Source: a virus. From it: a stretch of DNA of 64,000 nucleotides. Shown here piece after piece: positions 63,666 through 64,000 of the stretch. A model generated the notes under the pieces. It was given only the letters and a program-made list of their open reading frames with translations. It was not told the origin of the DNA and searched no databases. A program made the translations under genes and the position numbers. Numbering within the stretch: the stretch's first letter is position 1; each line of letters opens with the position of its first letter. The stretch lies in the IMG/VR virus record IMGVR_UViG_3300045988_137301; one strand, written 5' to 3'.

Positions 63666-64000
63666 ATGTTTGATTTCACATTTGAACCCAAAATTACTAA
63701 GGAATTTCTTTTATCCAAAAATAATGAGGAGACTTATATGTCCTATTATCTTGGCATCCCAGTCAAGAAGGGGCTATTTAAGTCTCCTTTACGAAATGAT
63801 AGTCATGTCACCTGTAGTTTCTTTAGAGGAAAGTCTGGAAATTTGTATTTTAAGGATTTCGCTTCCGGAGAATGTCTAACGTTTGAGGGAGTGGTCATGA
63901 AAAAGTTCAATTGCAATTACAGAGAGGCTTTAAAGATAATAGCTAAAGACTTCGGCCTGAGTAAAGGTAAGGTATCTAAAAGTCCAGTAAAGGTTCAGCC
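63666..64000 (+). CDS. Primase-like protein, N-terminal part (runs off the window)
   Basis: ATG at 63666, no stop before the window end. MFDFTFEPKITKEFLLSKNNEETYMSYYLGIPVKKGLFKSPLRNDSHVTCSFFRGKSGNLYFKDF... resembles a primase zinc-binding N-terminus. Confidence 0.35.
   Translation, partial: MFDFTFEPKITKEFLLSKNNEETYMSYYLGIPVKKGLFKSPLRNDSHVTCSFFRGKSGNLYFKDFASGECLTFEGVVMKKFNCNYREALKIIAKDFGLSKGKVSKSPVKVQ

Noticed and set aside
1-64000. CRISPR arrays, integrase or att sites, IS elements
   Set aside because: No regularly spaced direct repeats, no tyrosine or serine recombinase-like ORFs, and no transposase-like ORFs with terminal inverted repeats were seen. The tRNA 3'-fragment at 20231–20267 looked like an attP fragment at first, but it pairs perfectly with a 5' half 1 kb away, so the intron explanation fits better.

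Overview
Reading the window as a ~64-kb segment of a large AT-rich tailed phage, consistent with a crAss-like or jumbo phage of an AT-rich (Bacteroidetes-like) host, though the taxon cannot be fixed from sequence alone. Layout: (i) 1–14.6 kb is a leftward (minus-strand) late/structural block: TerS-like, large terminase, unresolved genes, then a 690-aa tail fiber. Standard six-frame ORF calling fails there because the genes carry many in-frame TAG codons and terminate only at TAA/TGA. Translating TAG as Gln restores canonical tail-fiber motifs, so these genes use TAG->Gln recoding (genetic code 15-like). (ii) 14.6–16.7 kb continues leftward with standard-code genes: a GroES-like protein, zinc ribbons and a PD-(D/E)XK nuclease. 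(iii) 16.9–19.25 kb is a rightward TAG-containing gene set ending in a holin-like membrane protein and a terminator. (iv) 19.3–22.8 kb is a leftward standard-code set that holds the central discovery candidate. It is a tRNA gene whose two exons (21302..21268 and 20267..20231, minus strand) are separated by a ~1-kb group-I-like intron encoding an HNH endonuclease. Under the group I splice-site rules (exon ends in U, intron ends in G), the spliced anticodon loop is CUCUAAA, i.e. anticodon CUA, with a U1:A72 Gln-type acceptor. This is the amber-suppressor tRNA that the TAG-recoded late genes require, and its activity would depend on intron removal. (v) 23–64 kb is a rightward standard-code region containing about 18 tRNA genes, some aberrant or composite; a second tRNA (CAU-type) split by a 0.7-kb HNH-encoding insertion; a radical-SAM enzyme; a flotillin/SPFH protein; a 2H phosphoesterase; two AAA+ ATPases; a GH73 glucosaminidase; RNase H; and a NAMPT-like + Prs-like + HAD trio resembling the phage NAD+ reconstitution (NARP1) anti-defence pathway. 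It ends in a replication module (SF2 helicase, DnaB-like helicase, LAGLIDADG endonuclease, SSB-like protein, primase-like partial ORF). A 64-nt GC-rich segment identical at nucleotide level links the tail-fiber 3' end to a gene 27 kb away. All coordinates were counted by hand and may be off by 1–2 nt.
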